Positions 8,857 to 19,134 of a stretch of DNA of 64,000 bases are shown here, one piece after another. A model generated the notes under the pieces. That model worked only from the letters and a program-made list of their open reading frames with translations, had not been told where the DNA came from and did not search any database. Origin of the DNA: Bdellovibrionales bacterium. Lineage in GTDB: Bacteria; Bdellovibrionota; Bdellovibrionia; Bdellovibrionales; UBA1609. The stretch spans positions 736,001 through 800,000 of the forward strand of contig OZ241329.1 in assembly GCA_965199825.1 (NCBI GenBank), written 5' to 3'. A program made the translations under genes and the position numbers. Each line of letters begins with the position of its first letter. The first letter of the stretch is position 1.

Positions 8857-11800
8857 ATGCTTCAGAGGATCCCGCTTGCGCTTTTATTGCCGATTTTGTT
8901 GCTGCTGAGCGGTTGTATCAAATTAAACCAATCTTTTTTAAGTTCGAGCTCACCCACACCGCGGGTGTTATCGGTTGAAGAATCGACGGTGGAATTTGCC
9001 ACCGGCAACAATTTTCTAAGCTGGAGTTTTGGCGCACAATCGACATCGACCCAAATTAGTTTGGGATCGCAAATTGAGGTGCGCCTCACTACTCGAGATC
9101 AATTTGGAAATGTTTTTGTTTCGCGCGCAGACTTATCGCCAACTTTTGAAGTCGCGGGTGGCTTAAGCCAAGGCAGTTTTTCTAACGTCACCGACAATCA
9201 TAACGGAACTTATACCGCTACCTTCACCGCACACACGTCGGGGACACCTTCGGCGCTTCAGGTGAGTATCGGAAGTGTGTCGGTTCCCCAAACACCAGAG
9301 ATCGTGGTTGTGTCTTCGCTCTTAGTTTTAAGCACGCCCACAAATTTTTTAACAAACCACACTACGGCTCATGTGACCGGCACGTGCACCTCGGGACTTT
9401 CAGTCTCCGTGAGTGGTGCAGGCCTGGTAGGAACTCCCAGCGGCAACTGCACGTCCTCACAGTTTGATATCGTCGTTACATTCACTACCAACGACGGTTC
9501 AAAAGATTTTGTAATCTCACAAACCGGGACAGATCAAAACACCAGCACTCTTTCGCTTTCTTTTATTTTGGATACCACGCCTCCGGTTGTGAGCTTTTTG
9601 TTGCCGCAAGCCAATCAGTCGTTTTCTTCGGGTTTAACTCTGACCGGCGCTTGCGAATCTTCACCAGGGGTTGTTACAATTGGTGGATCGGGCTTGGTAG
9701 GTCAAGTCACAACCACCTGTGATCTCAATCAATACACTCAATTTGTTTATCTTTCTTCTGGCGATGGAACAAAAGTTTTGACCATTTCGCAAACCGATCT
9801 TGCGGGCAATGTCAGTGCTTTACTTAGCCGTTCATTTATTAAAGACACACTTGCACCGGTAATTACCGAAACGACGCTACCTTCGATGTCTTATTCCAAC
9901 ACCAACTCGGTAACCTTTGGTGGAAGCTGCGAAGCTTTATTGCCCATAGTGGTTTCGGGTTCAGATACAGGAAGTTTTGCTTGCCCTAATACCGGAACAT
10001 GGACTTACGCCGTCACTGCGGTGAGCACCGATGCGGTTCGTAATTACACCTTTAGCCAAACCGATGCGGCAGGAAATTCGGCAAGCGTTGGTGCGGGTTG
10101 GTTTCGAAAAACCACAACTCCATTGTTTACTTTGGATCAAAACCCAACCGTGACAACCTCGAGCAACTCAGTCGTGTTTAGTGGAAGCTGTGCGATTGGA
10201 TCGAGCATCGCGATAAACGGAGGGGCGACTCAGAGTCTCTCATGTTCGGGTGGTGCTTGGTCTTTAACTGCGACAAGTTCGGTTGATGGAACGTTCAACT
10301 ATACGTTTATTGAAACCGATCAGGCGGGCAACACCAAAACACTGAACAGCACTTGGACTCGGAGTACACTTGGGCCAACCATTACAATTGATCAATCAAG
10401 CCCGATTCTCTCGGCCTCGGGCTCTGCAACATTCAGCGGGACTTGTTTTTCTGGTGGATCGCCAATCCAATCCTTTAATGTAACAGGTGCCACAAATTCG
10501 ACGATTGCCTGCAACAGCAATGTGTTCACTTACATCGCCACAGCCACAACCGATGGAACTTACAATTATGTTTTCACCATTGTGAATACCGCGGGATTGC
10601 AGTCGAGTGCCGCGATCACCTGGAAGCGAGATGCCTCAGCCCCAATTGCAACTTCATTCTCGATTAACGGTGCATCTGCGGGTTCAAGTAACAGTCCCTT
10701 TGTCACTGCCGCTTTTCAAGCCACCGACAATTTGACGTTTGTAAATAGATTTTGTGTAAAGACAGATAGTGCGCAACCTTTGGTCTCGGATGCCTGTTGG
10801 TATCCTATTAACGGTCCACAAACCAATGTGGTTCCATCAAACTCGGTGAGTGTCTCTGGATATAACTTTCAAGTGGGCATCACACCCTCTTCTTATACCG
10901 CCTATTTATGGTTGATGGACAGTGCCGGCAACATGACGAGCAATTTAAATATACAAGGTCGCGATATGGCAACCGTCAATTATCAACCGCTTGCTGCACC
11001 CACCGTAAATAGCGTGATCGTTGGCAACGCCGATGTGATGAACGGCGCAATCGCTGAGCGCACCATCACCGGAGGTGCTAACGTCTTTATTCGTTGGAAT
11101 GCTCAAGGCGCCTCTCTGGGTTCGAGTCCGGTGAGTTTATCTTTTACTACTGACGATCAAAATTGGAATGTGATCACCAACGGCCTTAGCAATGGCAATA
11201 CAGGTTGTAGCTCGATCACTGGCACCGGGACTGCGAGTCCCACAGCGACCGGATGTTACAAATGGGTTTCTGGTTCACCGTCGCCCAATTACTACAAGAT
11301 TCGTGTTTCGATTTCGAATACCGCGGGCACAACGACCTTTGCCAATTCTCTTCCGATCAATTCGTCGTCGCTGCAAATTTTGGCGGGAAATACCGAAGCA
11401 GGATTGAACGGTTCTGCTCAAAGTGCATTTTTTAATTTTAATCCCTATAACTCTACCGACATTGCTCTTAAGTCCGACGGCACACTTTTTATTAATGATG
11501 CCACCTATGGAATTTTGTTTGTGAATCCGAGCGATGGACGACTGCAAAAATTGATTGGGCTTGGGGCTTTGAGTGCAGGCGAAGGTGATAACGGCTCGGT
11601 GGCTGCTGCAAAACTTTTGGCGCCGCGAGCTCTCAATTTTGATTTTCAAGATCGATTGTTGATTGTTGATGATACCCGCATTCGCCGCGTGGACTTAAGT
11701 CAAAGTCCACCCACAATCACCACACTGATTGGTGGTGGGACTGCAACAACAGATACCGTTGCGGTGGCCAAAAATTTAAGTCTTGCAAGCCCTGGCAACG

Positions 11801-13452
11801 TGAATGCACCGCTTAAAGTTTTGCCCAATGGCGATATCTATTTTTATTCTGAAGGTTACGGGAAGTCTTCAAACCACCGCATACGACATTATTCTGCATC
11901 ATCTGGCGGGATCACAAGTTTGCAACCGAATGGTACCGCTAATCTTGGTACTTTTTCAGTTACTCCAGCCAACTGCAACATCACCGGATTTTTTCTAAGC
12001 TATGATCCGGTTTCGAGTTTGCTCAAAAAATTTGTGATCCAGACCCAATCCAATCCGGGCGGAAGTTATTATCCAAACTGTAATTCGATCTCGAGTTATT
12101 TTGGAAACAGTTATGAGATTGATCCAATGAACGGCGCAATTTCAACCGAACCCACCTATTCGTTTGCTGATAATAATCTGACCGGAAGTGACACTTCTGT
12201 TGAAACTGGCGAGGTGCCTTCAAAAGATGGGCATGCTTATCTTCGCAACTCCTCTTTGTTGCGCAAATATGACGACACCTCGAGAACATGGACCACTGTT
12301 CTCGGAACAGGAACAAGCGGAAGTTGCGTTGATGGAACCGCCGCCGCGTCTTGTGCGGTTTCTTTGACCGGTGCTTATGTTGATTCCCATAGTAATGTGT
12401 ATTTTGCCGATGGCGGACTGATTCGATCTATTGCCAATGGCAAAGTGGTCACCATTTATGGTCAGACCAGTTCGTTTGGTGATGGCGGCGCAGCGGTCAG
12501 TGCTCGCTTTGGTCAAGTGGTGAGCATTGAACAACGAAACGACGGAGCCTTTGTTCTGCTCGATACCTTGACCAAAAAGTTTCGCAAATTTTTAAGAGGC
12601 GGCATGATTTCCACAATTGCCGGAAACGGTGGCGATGGATTTCCAACCTTTGGGCAACCCGCGATCAACCAACCCCTTTCAACATTTCGATTTTATGGAT
12701 TATCACTGCAGCCTGGATTTTTTATTGATCCGTCGACAAATGATTTGGTGTATTCGACCACTGGGCCGCTGATTGTTTTATCGGATTCAACTGGCACATG
12801 GTCTTCATTAAGCGGGTCTAATTTAGCGGTGACCGATCCGGCTGCCAATGGCGCACGGATTTCACAAATCAATGTGACCACACAAGATATTCCCACTCGA
12901 TTGGTTGGAGTAAGTGCAACAAGTTTTCTTTACTCAGCTGCCGATCACTCAGGAAATGTTCAGCGCACTGACGTCAATTACTCAACCGGAGTAAATACTT
13001 TTGATTTATGGCCAAATACCGGCGCGAGCTATTCGTTATGTCCTGATGGCACATCGGTCCAAGCGTGCGCGGGATATCCCACATCAGGTATCAATTCTTT
13101 TGATCCGGTCAATAGCCAATGGCTTGAATTGATCGCAGACAATATGACAATTCGCTCGTATGGAAGTAGCGGGGTGATTTCGACTTTAACAACACTTTCA
13201 AATCCAGCCACGGGTTGGGTGTTTCAACGTAGCAACTCAAATCCTTATGTCTTTTATTGTTCGAGTGCGACCAACACCATTATCCGTCGCAATATTGCAT
13301 CGAATACCGAGACCGCCCTCCCCTGGCCGATCGCTTCGATTCAGTGTGCACCCTATAATTTGATTTATGATTCGACAGCTCACAGCGTGGTCTTTCCATT
13401 TACTCAAAATGGATTTTACGGCGTGGGCGAGCTCCTCAATGTTGATCCTTAA
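8857..13452 (+). CDS. Large surface lipoprotein/adhesin: invasin/filamin-like domain, Ig-like repeats and NHL (teneurin-like) propeller
   Basis: Lipobox LLLSGC, DNHNGTYTATF, repeated [QE]TDxAGN Ig motifs, NHL-type GDNG/GDGGAAVSARF; Ser/Thr rich. Confidence 0.75.
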   Translation: MLQRIPLALLLPILLLLSGCIKLNQSFLSSSSPTPRVLSVEESTVEFATGNNFLSWSFGAQSTSTQISLGSQIEVRLTTRDQFGNVFVSRADLSPTFEVAGGLSQGSFSNVTDNHNGTYTATFTAHTSGTPSALQVSIGSVSVPQTPEIVVVSSLLVLSTPTNFLTNHTTAHVTGTCTSGLSVSVSGAGLVGTPSGNCTSSQFDIVVTFTTNDGSKDFVISQTGTDQNTSTLSLSFILDTTPPVVSFLLPQANQSFSSGLTLTGACESSPGVVTIGGSGLVGQVTTTCDLNQYTQFVYLSSGDGTKVLTISQTDLAGNVSALLSRSFIKDTLAPVITETTLPSMSYSNTNSVTFGGSCEALLPIVVSGSDTGSFACPNTGTWTYAVTAVSTDAVRNYTFSQTDAAGNSASVGAGWFRKTTTPLFTLDQNPTVTTSSNSVVFSGSCAIGSSIAINGGATQSLSCSGGAWSLTATSSVDGTFNYTFIETDQAGNTKTLNSTWTRSTLGPTITIDQSSPILSASGSATFSGTCFSGGSPIQSFNVTGATNSTIACNSNVFTYIATATTDGTYNYVFTIVNTAGLQSSAAITWKRDASAPIATSFSINGASAGSSNSPFVTAAFQATDNLTFVNRFCVKTDSAQPLVSDACWYPINGPQTNVVPSNSVSVSGYNFQVGITPSSYTAYLWLMDSAGNMTSNLNIQGRDMATVNYQPLAAPTVNSVIVGNADVMNGAIAERTITGGANVFIRWNAQGASLGSSPVSLSFTTDDQNWNVITNGLSNGNTGCSSITGTGTASPTATGCYKWVSGSPSPNYYKIRVSISNTAGTTTFANSLPINSSSLQILAGNTEAGLNGSAQSAFFNFNPYNSTDIALKSDGTLFINDATYGILFVNPSDGRLQKLIGLGALSAGEGDNGSVAAAKLLAPRALNFDFQDRLLIVDDTRIRRVDLSQSPPTITTLIGGGTATTDTVAVAKNLSLASPGNVNAPLKVLPNGDIYFYSEGYGKSSNHRIRHYSASSGGITSLQPNGTANLGTFSVTPANCNITGFFLSYDPVSSLLKKFVIQTQSNPGGSYYPNCNSISSYFGNSYEIDPMNGAISTEPTYSFADNNLTGSDTSVETGEVPSKDGHAYLRNSSLLRKYDDTSRTWTTVLGTGTSGSCVDGTAAASCAVSLTGAYVDSHSNVYFADGGLIRSIANGKVVTIYGQTSSFGDGGAAVSARFGQVVSIEQRNDGAFVLLDTLTKKFRKFLRGGMISTIAGNGGDGFPTFGQPAINQPLSTFRFYGLSLQPGFFIDPSTNDLVYSTTGPLIVLSDSTGTWSSLSGSNLAVTDPAANGARISQINVTTQDIPTRLVGVSATSFLYSAADHSGNVQRTDVNYSTGVNTFDLWPNTGASYSLCPDGTSVQACAGYPTSGINSFDPVNSQWLELIADNMTIRSYGSSGVISTLTTLSNPATGWVFQRSNSNPYVFYCSSATNTIIRRNIASNTETALPWPIASIQCAPYNLIYDSTAHSVVFPFTQNGFYGVGELLNVDP

Positions 13453-14843
13453 TTGAGATCGACAGTGCTGTCTGGGGCTTCGGCAAATGAACTTCCGGCT
13501 GCATTTTGAGTGCTCGCCGCAGCAGAGCCATAAGAATAAATCACAGATTTTTTAGTCGCTTTAAATCCAAAACCACCATTGTCGTGCGAAAGCGCGCCGC
13601 TGCCTTCCACTGTCGAGTTGGTATCAGCACCTATTCCGTCGAATTTATTAAACGCAGTTTCAACTCCATCGATGTTTGCTCCGCTGCCGCCTGATACCAA
13701 AATTCCGCCAGAGTTATTATTAAAGTGCGCGTGAGAAAATTCGATATAGCCATTTTGTTTCACCAAGCCACCATAGCTTTGGCCGTTTTCTGCATGAACC
13801 AGGTGCGCCCACATCGAGGCGGAAGTCTGTGCTGCAAACCCGGCAACTTGCGCATCGGCTCCGTAACTTCCATCGACGTACATTGACGCCGAAGACTCGG
13901 CGAGAAAATTAAATCCTAAAACAACGGTGCCCCCAAACTGATCCAGCGTAATATGTGATGCGGTAATGCCCCGGCACGAGAGGCAAGTGATGTGGGAATT
14001 AAATCGCGCAAGAAAATTCACATCGCCAGAATTATTGACCTCGACGCCATTGTCGTTAAAAATACTTGAGCCGTTATCTGCAAGCTCACCATAATAACAA
14101 TTGTTTATGTGTATATTCGAACCAACACGAATCTGAGATCCCGATCCTGTGGCCTGAATCCCCGCTCCGTAAGCTTGGAGATTCCAATCCGAGCGGCCAA
14201 TTCTGGCGCCAACGCAGTTGATGGACAATCCATCAACTAAACCAATACGGCCACCATCCATTGCGATAAAAGCATTTTTATTGTTGGTCGCATCAAAATT
14301 TAAAATCACTTTTGAGAGATCACTTTGGTTTCCCAAAATTTTAACATTTCCATATTGCGGGTTATTCACAATAAATTGATCGGGCACCACATAATTGCCA
14401 TCCGCAATTTTGATTGTGACGATCGCGCCGCCAACAATATTTTTGCTGTCGAGATAAGCCTTGGCCGCAATCAGAGTTGGATAATCCGCAGGAACATTCA
14501 GAGTTACACTGGTTGTGATGTCATTTGCTGAAATGGTGCTTGGTGTTCCATTTGCCCCGATGCATGTTGGAAAAGCAAAGGAGCCCGAAAACACGCCGTC
14601 TTTACACACCCGTTTTTCAACCGCGCATTGGCCATCAGCCGTTGCCTGGGGTGTTTGATAGGCCTCGATCTCGGCATTGTCAGCGACCGGAAAGCCATTG
14701 AACAAACAGTTAGTGCTGAGCGCAATTGGAGTTGTGGATGAGCTGTCGAGAGACATTGTTCTCAATGAGCCGCAATTTTGAAAGCTCAAGATGAGAACCG
14801 CTCCAGCTAAAAGCAATATTTTCTGAGGTTTCGATTTTGGCAT
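13449..14843 (-). CDS. FQNC-type lipoprotein with a Cys-rich module and a right-handed beta-helix (pectin-lyase/tail-spike-like)
   Basis: ILSFQNC, CLFNG...C..EKRVC..G.FSGS...C module, VPADYPTL...IKIADGNY, then Asn/Gly-rich coils. Confidence 0.65.
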   Translation of the reverse strand: MPKSKPQKILLLAGAVLILSFQNCGSLRTMSLDSSSTTPIALSTNCLFNGFPVADNAEIEAYQTPQATADGQCAVEKRVCKDGVFSGSFAFPTCIGANGTPSTISANDITTSVTLNVPADYPTLIAAKAYLDSKNIVGGAIVTIKIADGNYVVPDQFIVNNPQYGNVKILGNQSDLSKVILNFDATNNKNAFIAMDGGRIGLVDGLSINCVGARIGRSDWNLQAYGAGIQATGSGSQIRVGSNIHINNCYYGELADNGSSIFNDNGVEVNNSGDVNFLARFNSHITCLSCRGITASHITLDQFGGTVVLGFNFLAESSASMYVDGSYGADAQVAGFAAQTSASMWAHLVHAENGQSYGGLVKQNGYIEFSHAHFNNNSGGILVSGGSGANIDGVETAFNKFDGIGADTNSTVEGSGALSHDNGGFGFKATKKSVIYSYGSAAASTQNAAGSSFAEAPDSTVDLN

Positions 14844-14994
14844 GTGTCATCATACCATAATGCAACACCGGCAGAGAAATCAGCGATCTGACCTTGGACC
14901 ATTTTGATACGCTGTTGGCTTGGGCTAAATGCTTAAATTTCATTAGTGACTGAAAATGAGAATGCTGATAGTCCTGCCGACTCCGAAAACCTGC

Positions 14995-15084
14995 GGAGAG
15001 GTGGCCGAGTGGTTTATGGCACACGCCTGGAACGCGTGCGAAGGTTCATCCCTTCCGTGAGTTCGAATCTCACCTTCTCCGCCA
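14995..15084 (+). tRNA. tRNA-Ser(GGA)
   Basis: GGAGAGGTGGCCGAGTGG...CTGGAAC..., long variable arm, GTTCGAATC...CTCCGCCA. Confidence 0.96.
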
Positions 15085-15160
15085 AATTCTATTGATGTTT
15101 CATTTTGTCTTCATGAACTGTATACGCAAGATCACCAACGCAATGATGGTGAGTAATGGT

Positions 15161-15289
15161 TTAAACCAATCTTGCTTTTAGGCCTTTTGATTTCTGAATC
15201 GCAATAAATCGCTCTGCATGATCGAGTGTCGGAAAATTTCTGGTAAGGCTCAGCCCTTCTCTTGTTTCGTAAATGACTGTGTAACCCAT
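15161..15289 (-). CDS. Small hypothetical protein (42 aa)
   Basis: AGAGGAA RBS before the ATG at 15289; MGYTVIYETREGLSLTRNFPTLDHAERFIAIQKSKGLKARLV. Confidence 0.5.
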   Translation of the reverse strand: MGYTVIYETREGLSLTRNFPTLDHAERFIAIQKSKGLKARLV

Positions 15290-15475
15290 ATTCAATTTCC
15301 TCTGATGGATGAGATTAGCAATTGCGCCCATTCTAAGATTTAAAAATCTTTTTTCAATGCCTATCTTCGAATCTGCTTTGGTATGAATTGTTAGATGCAA
15401 TTTCCAGTGGCGTTATAAATTTTATTGGAATTAGATTTTGGATCTTAACTCGAGTTGTTGTGTGAACAATGGTAG

Positions 15476-15769
15476 TTTGAGTGGGCACGACAACTTTGAG
15501 TGGGCACGACAACTTTGAGTGGGCACGACAACTTTGAGTGGGCACGACAACTTTGAGTGGGCACGACAACTTTGAGTGGGCACGACAACTTTGAGTGGGC
15601 ACGACAACTTTGAGTGGGCACGACAACTTTGAGTGGGCACGACAACTTTGAGTGGGCACGACAACTTTGAGTGGGCACGACAACTTTGAGTGGGCACGAC
15701 AACCTTGTGTGGGCACGACAACCTTGTGTGGGCACGACAACCTTGTGTGGGCACGACAACCTTGGGTGG
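15476..15769. repeat. 19-bp tandem repeat array with no spacers
   Basis: 12 x TTTGAGTGGGCACGACAAC (15476-15703), 3 x CTTGTGTGGGCACGACAAC (15704-15760), then a partial CTTGGGTGG. Confidence 0.98.
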
Positions 15770-15774
15770 TAAAC

Positions 15775-17007
15775 TTAATGCGCCGGGCTCGGTGCCCAAC
15801 TGCCCAGTGCGGGCTCCATTTCTTTTTGGATCTTTACTGGCGTGCTTTCTGGATCATGTTTTTGGAGCCGATTTTTAATTCTGACAAAGTTTACTAAAAC
15901 GGGCTCAAGAGTTTTTTTGTCAAAAAAGAATATCTGATCGACCAATAAAAAATTTTGATCAACATCGTCATTTTCGTCGTTTTGATCTTTAAGAATTGCA
16001 TCAAAAACCAACTCTGTTTTAAGGCTGCGATTTTGTCCTGAGGCTTCGAGCAAATCATTACGCAATTCTGTGGGAACAATCTTTGTCATACCGATATAAA
16101 TTAGAGCTGCAGGAAATTGATCCATTCTTTTAAGTAAACTGAAAATATTTTTATAAACTTTTATTAGTTTACTGGTCCTTTGACTCTCATTATGGTTTTT
16201 GAATCGATTGCGCGCGTCTTCGGAGACTATTCCCATGATGTAGGGATAACTGTTTTTAATTCCTTCGTACCCAAAAAATATGAACAAGACTGCCGTGTAG
16301 AGCAGATGGTCTTTGTCTAGAACCGCGGCCAGGCCTTTTGTAATTGGCTGTGAGAAAACGTAAATCCAAAAATTGGCTATTACAAAGTAGTGAGCTTGTT
16401 CGATCAGACGTATTCTACTAAAATAAGAAAATTCCTTTTCAATCGCCGGTTGGATTTGAGCCTCGAGAAGATCAGTAGCCAAGAATAATTTTTTGAAATA
16501 ATCGAGAATGTTTTTTTCGCCTCGAACTTCGTAACCGAATGCGATCGCATCTTTTGCTTCGACAAAGTCATTTTCGAGTTGGCCTATACGACCAACCAGT
16601 GTTGAGATAGTGATTTCATTTGCTGGTGACCAAGCGATTTTCATCGGATCAAGAAAGCTTGCGCTCACTTCGTGGTCGTTTAAAGTTTTAAAATCAATTT
16701 CACTCACTTTTAAAACTCTGAGCAAAAGTGTTGTGAGACTTAAGGTGTGAGCAGTTCTGTCGAGAGATTTCCAAACCTTCTCTATCAAATTTAATTTTCG
16801 CCCATCAAGCTCGCGAACTGCCGATAATGTCACGCCGTCCATATCGCGCAAAAAATAATGCAGATCTCCATGGTACTGCCCAGCTGATTGAGGCCCGGTC
16901 ATTAAGATTTGAGAGCAAAGGGATATTCCATGAGGCGCCAATTTTTCTGCAGCTATTGACGAGGATGCGAGGGTGAGGAAGACAAAAAAAGAGATTGATC
17001 TCATCAC
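15775..17007 (-). CDS. Hypothetical secreted/membrane protein
   Basis: 410-aa ORF with an AGGAAGG RBS, a signal peptide and two internal hydrophobic segments. Confidence 0.75.
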   Translation of the reverse strand: MMRSISFFVFLTLASSSIAAEKLAPHGISLCSQILMTGPQSAGQYHGDLHYFLRDMDGVTLSAVRELDGRKLNLIEKVWKSLDRTAHTLSLTTLLLRVLKVSEIDFKTLNDHEVSASFLDPMKIAWSPANEITISTLVGRIGQLENDFVEAKDAIAFGYEVRGEKNILDYFKKLFLATDLLEAQIQPAIEKEFSYFSRIRLIEQAHYFVIANFWIYVFSQPITKGLAAVLDKDHLLYTAVLFIFFGYEGIKNSYPYIMGIVSEDARNRFKNHNESQRTSKLIKVYKNIFSLLKRMDQFPAALIYIGMTKIVPTELRNDLLEASGQNRSLKTELVFDAILKDQNDENDDVDQNFLLVDQIFFFDKKTLEPVLVNFVRIKNRLQKHDPESTPVKIQKEMEPALGSWAPSPAH

Positions 17008-17069
17008 GCCTTCCTAACGAGAGCGCTCGACAAGTTCAATGCATTAAATCGCCTCGATCAATACAAAAC

Positions 17070-18776
17070 TTAATTATTCAAAAAAACCACAACGGGTTTT
17101 GTCGACAAAGTCAGACTCAATTGCTTATTGGTTAAGTTTGCGGGGGCACTCGTGCCGGCAATCAAATCATAAACAGAAACTGTTGAAAATGAATTACTGA
17201 GCTTGAGAGTAATTGCAGTGCTCGCTGGAACCGTAGTGCTCCCCGTTTGGAGGCGATCACTTTCGTTCCAAATCACAATCGCATATTGCCCGGACGAGGA
17301 CTGCAAAAGTAATGAGCCTGCCCGCTCTGGCAGATTGCTGATTGAATATTCGATCGGCTTTAAAGAAAACGTTTTTGAGTTTGGGCCAGCGTCAGCAAAA
17401 GCATTCATTAAATTATGAATTGAAACCGCTGCTGGCTTTGGTTGATTGTTTCCGTCAAAAAGTCCCCAATGGTTCTCCCTATTGGCGTTAGACGTATCGT
17501 TATACATATCGAGCAATTCATAAATGTAAACTCTTGAAATTTCATTGATTGCCGAATCAAATATTGTGTTCAACGTGAGGATTGCCTGTGCATCGAATGT
17601 GACACCATCTGCGGCAGTTGCCGTATTGAATCCAGCTTCAGTGATGATTTCTGGACTTAATCGATTTGCTCCGTATTCAAGAAGATTGGTATTCGAAATA
17701 TACCATCCGGGTTGATAACCACCAAACCCATTATTTGCATAAGGATGAATGTTTACAAAATCAGAAATACCAGATCCATAACTTTGGTTTGTGGCTGGTG
17801 CGCCGAGCGAATATAAAATTCCAGTTGTGTAATTTAACACTGCCACACCATTTGTGTGCGGATCAGCATGAACCGTTTGATATAAATCTTTTTGGTAGGC
17901 GTCTGCAGCCACTTGGCCGGACTGGCCCTTGTAGGTGAATGGAAAGTTCGCAATCTCGTTAGGACCTTCAACTGCTGTTACAGAATTGGGATATAACGCC
18001 AGCATGTCGTCGAGATCCGCAACAAAACTCACAGGATCTGGGTTTGTGCTTGTCGCGCCTGCAATGAACTGCACACCCATGCCCAAAATTAATTGGTAAG
18101 CACTTTTGAGTGCGGTGTCTGTTGAATTTTTTGGATAGAGTCCATCACGAACGAATTTAATATTGAGGTAATTGAGATTGTTGGCAACGTTCTGATAATT
18201 TGTATAAGCGTTGCCTTGAATATTTGCACCCAAGTGAATTTGCACGCCGATTGAGTTTTTGAAATCGGCATAGCGAATGGCTGCAATCTGAACTTTGTCG
18301 GCACATGTTACGTTCAAAAATCCAGCATTTGAACCGTTTGGATTGGGTTCATTTTCGCAGTTTGTGCCATTAAAAGTGATCGCACATGTTTGAGTTCCTG
18401 TGCATGTGCTTGCGGCATAATTCAGGCAGCTGGTGTAAGCCGAGCCGCCGCCATAGCCTGAAGCGGTGACATTGATAAATCCAGACTGGCAGCTTACCGC
18501 AACGGTCTGGCCCTCAGCACTCCAACCGTACATGCATGAACTTTGAGTCGCGCAGTGTGTGCCAGAGGCAATGGATCCTGTACCTGCCGTGCCTGATAAA
18601 ATAGGGGTTGTGGTTGTCACATAACGAGCAACACTATCAGAGGGATCTGGAGCGGTACTTGAATTCGCAATTGCAAAAGATTTTATGCTCGAAAAACCTT
18701 TGCTACAATTTTGAAAAGTGATGAGCAAAAACGCGAATGCAAAAAAGTACAGCGTAACAACAGACCACTTTTTCAT
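17070..18776 (-). CDS. FQNC-type lipoprotein: SUEL/galactose-lectin-like domain plus clan GH-A glycoside hydrolase
   Basis: LITFQNC. AEGQTVAVSC..G.I.V...GYGG...C.G...C...EP.P...L.V.C matches the SUEL pattern. VEGPNE (acid/base), ITEAG (nucleophile), YIYELLD, ENHWGLF. Confidence 0.7.
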   Translation of the reverse strand: MKKWSVVTLYFFAFAFLLITFQNCSKGFSSIKSFAIANSSTAPDPSDSVARYVTTTTPILSGTAGTGSIASGTHCATQSSCMYGWSAEGQTVAVSCQSGFINVTASGYGGGSAYTSCLNYAASTCTGTQTCAITFNGTNCENEPNPNGSNAGFLNVTCADKVQIAAIRYADFKNSIGVQIHLGANIQGNAYTNYQNVANNLNYLNIKFVRDGLYPKNSTDTALKSAYQLILGMGVQFIAGATSTNPDPVSFVADLDDMLALYPNSVTAVEGPNEIANFPFTYKGQSGQVAADAYQKDLYQTVHADPHTNGVAVLNYTTGILYSLGAPATNQSYGSGISDFVNIHPYANNGFGGYQPGWYISNTNLLEYGANRLSPEIITEAGFNTATAADGVTFDAQAILTLNTIFDSAINEISRVYIYELLDMYNDTSNANRENHWGLFDGNNQPKPAAVSIHNLMNAFADAGPNSKTFSLKPIEYSISNLPERAGSLLLQSSSGQYAIVIWNESDRLQTGSTTVPASTAITLKLSNSFSTVSVYDLIAGTSAPANLTNKQLSLTLSTKPVVVFLNN

Positions 18777-19134
18777 TTAAAGATCCAATCCCAGCCTGTT
18801 GCATTTTTGGTAACTCATTTTGATCATGATCTCTTAAAGTTTACAGGTTGGTGCTGATTTAAGCAATCGTAGAGGTACGGTTTGGTCCGTATTTCAGATG
18901 ATGATCTTGAGACATATCAATATGAGATTCAAAAAAGACGTAAGCACTTTTGGTTGTGAGCGAAGGTATCTTTTTCTTTTTGATTAAACACGCACGCCCC
19001 TCTCACTTCGACACGTTAATCGAATGAGCACTTTCAAAAACATCATCAGCTAAGGTCATTGTGGCTATGGGCTCCTGCCACACTCTTTGCAAATATAAGA
19101 AGCAGTAGGATGGTGCACAGTGTTTCAATTTGAG

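Noticed and set aside
15476..15769. CRISPR array
   Set aside because: Units are head-to-tail with no spacers, only 19 bp long, and there are no cas genes in the window.
15354..15897. Overlapping ORFs with SCPLKVVVPTQ or GTTTL repeats
   Set aside because: Artefacts of a stop-free 19-bp repeat read in several frames; no RBS or protein-like features.
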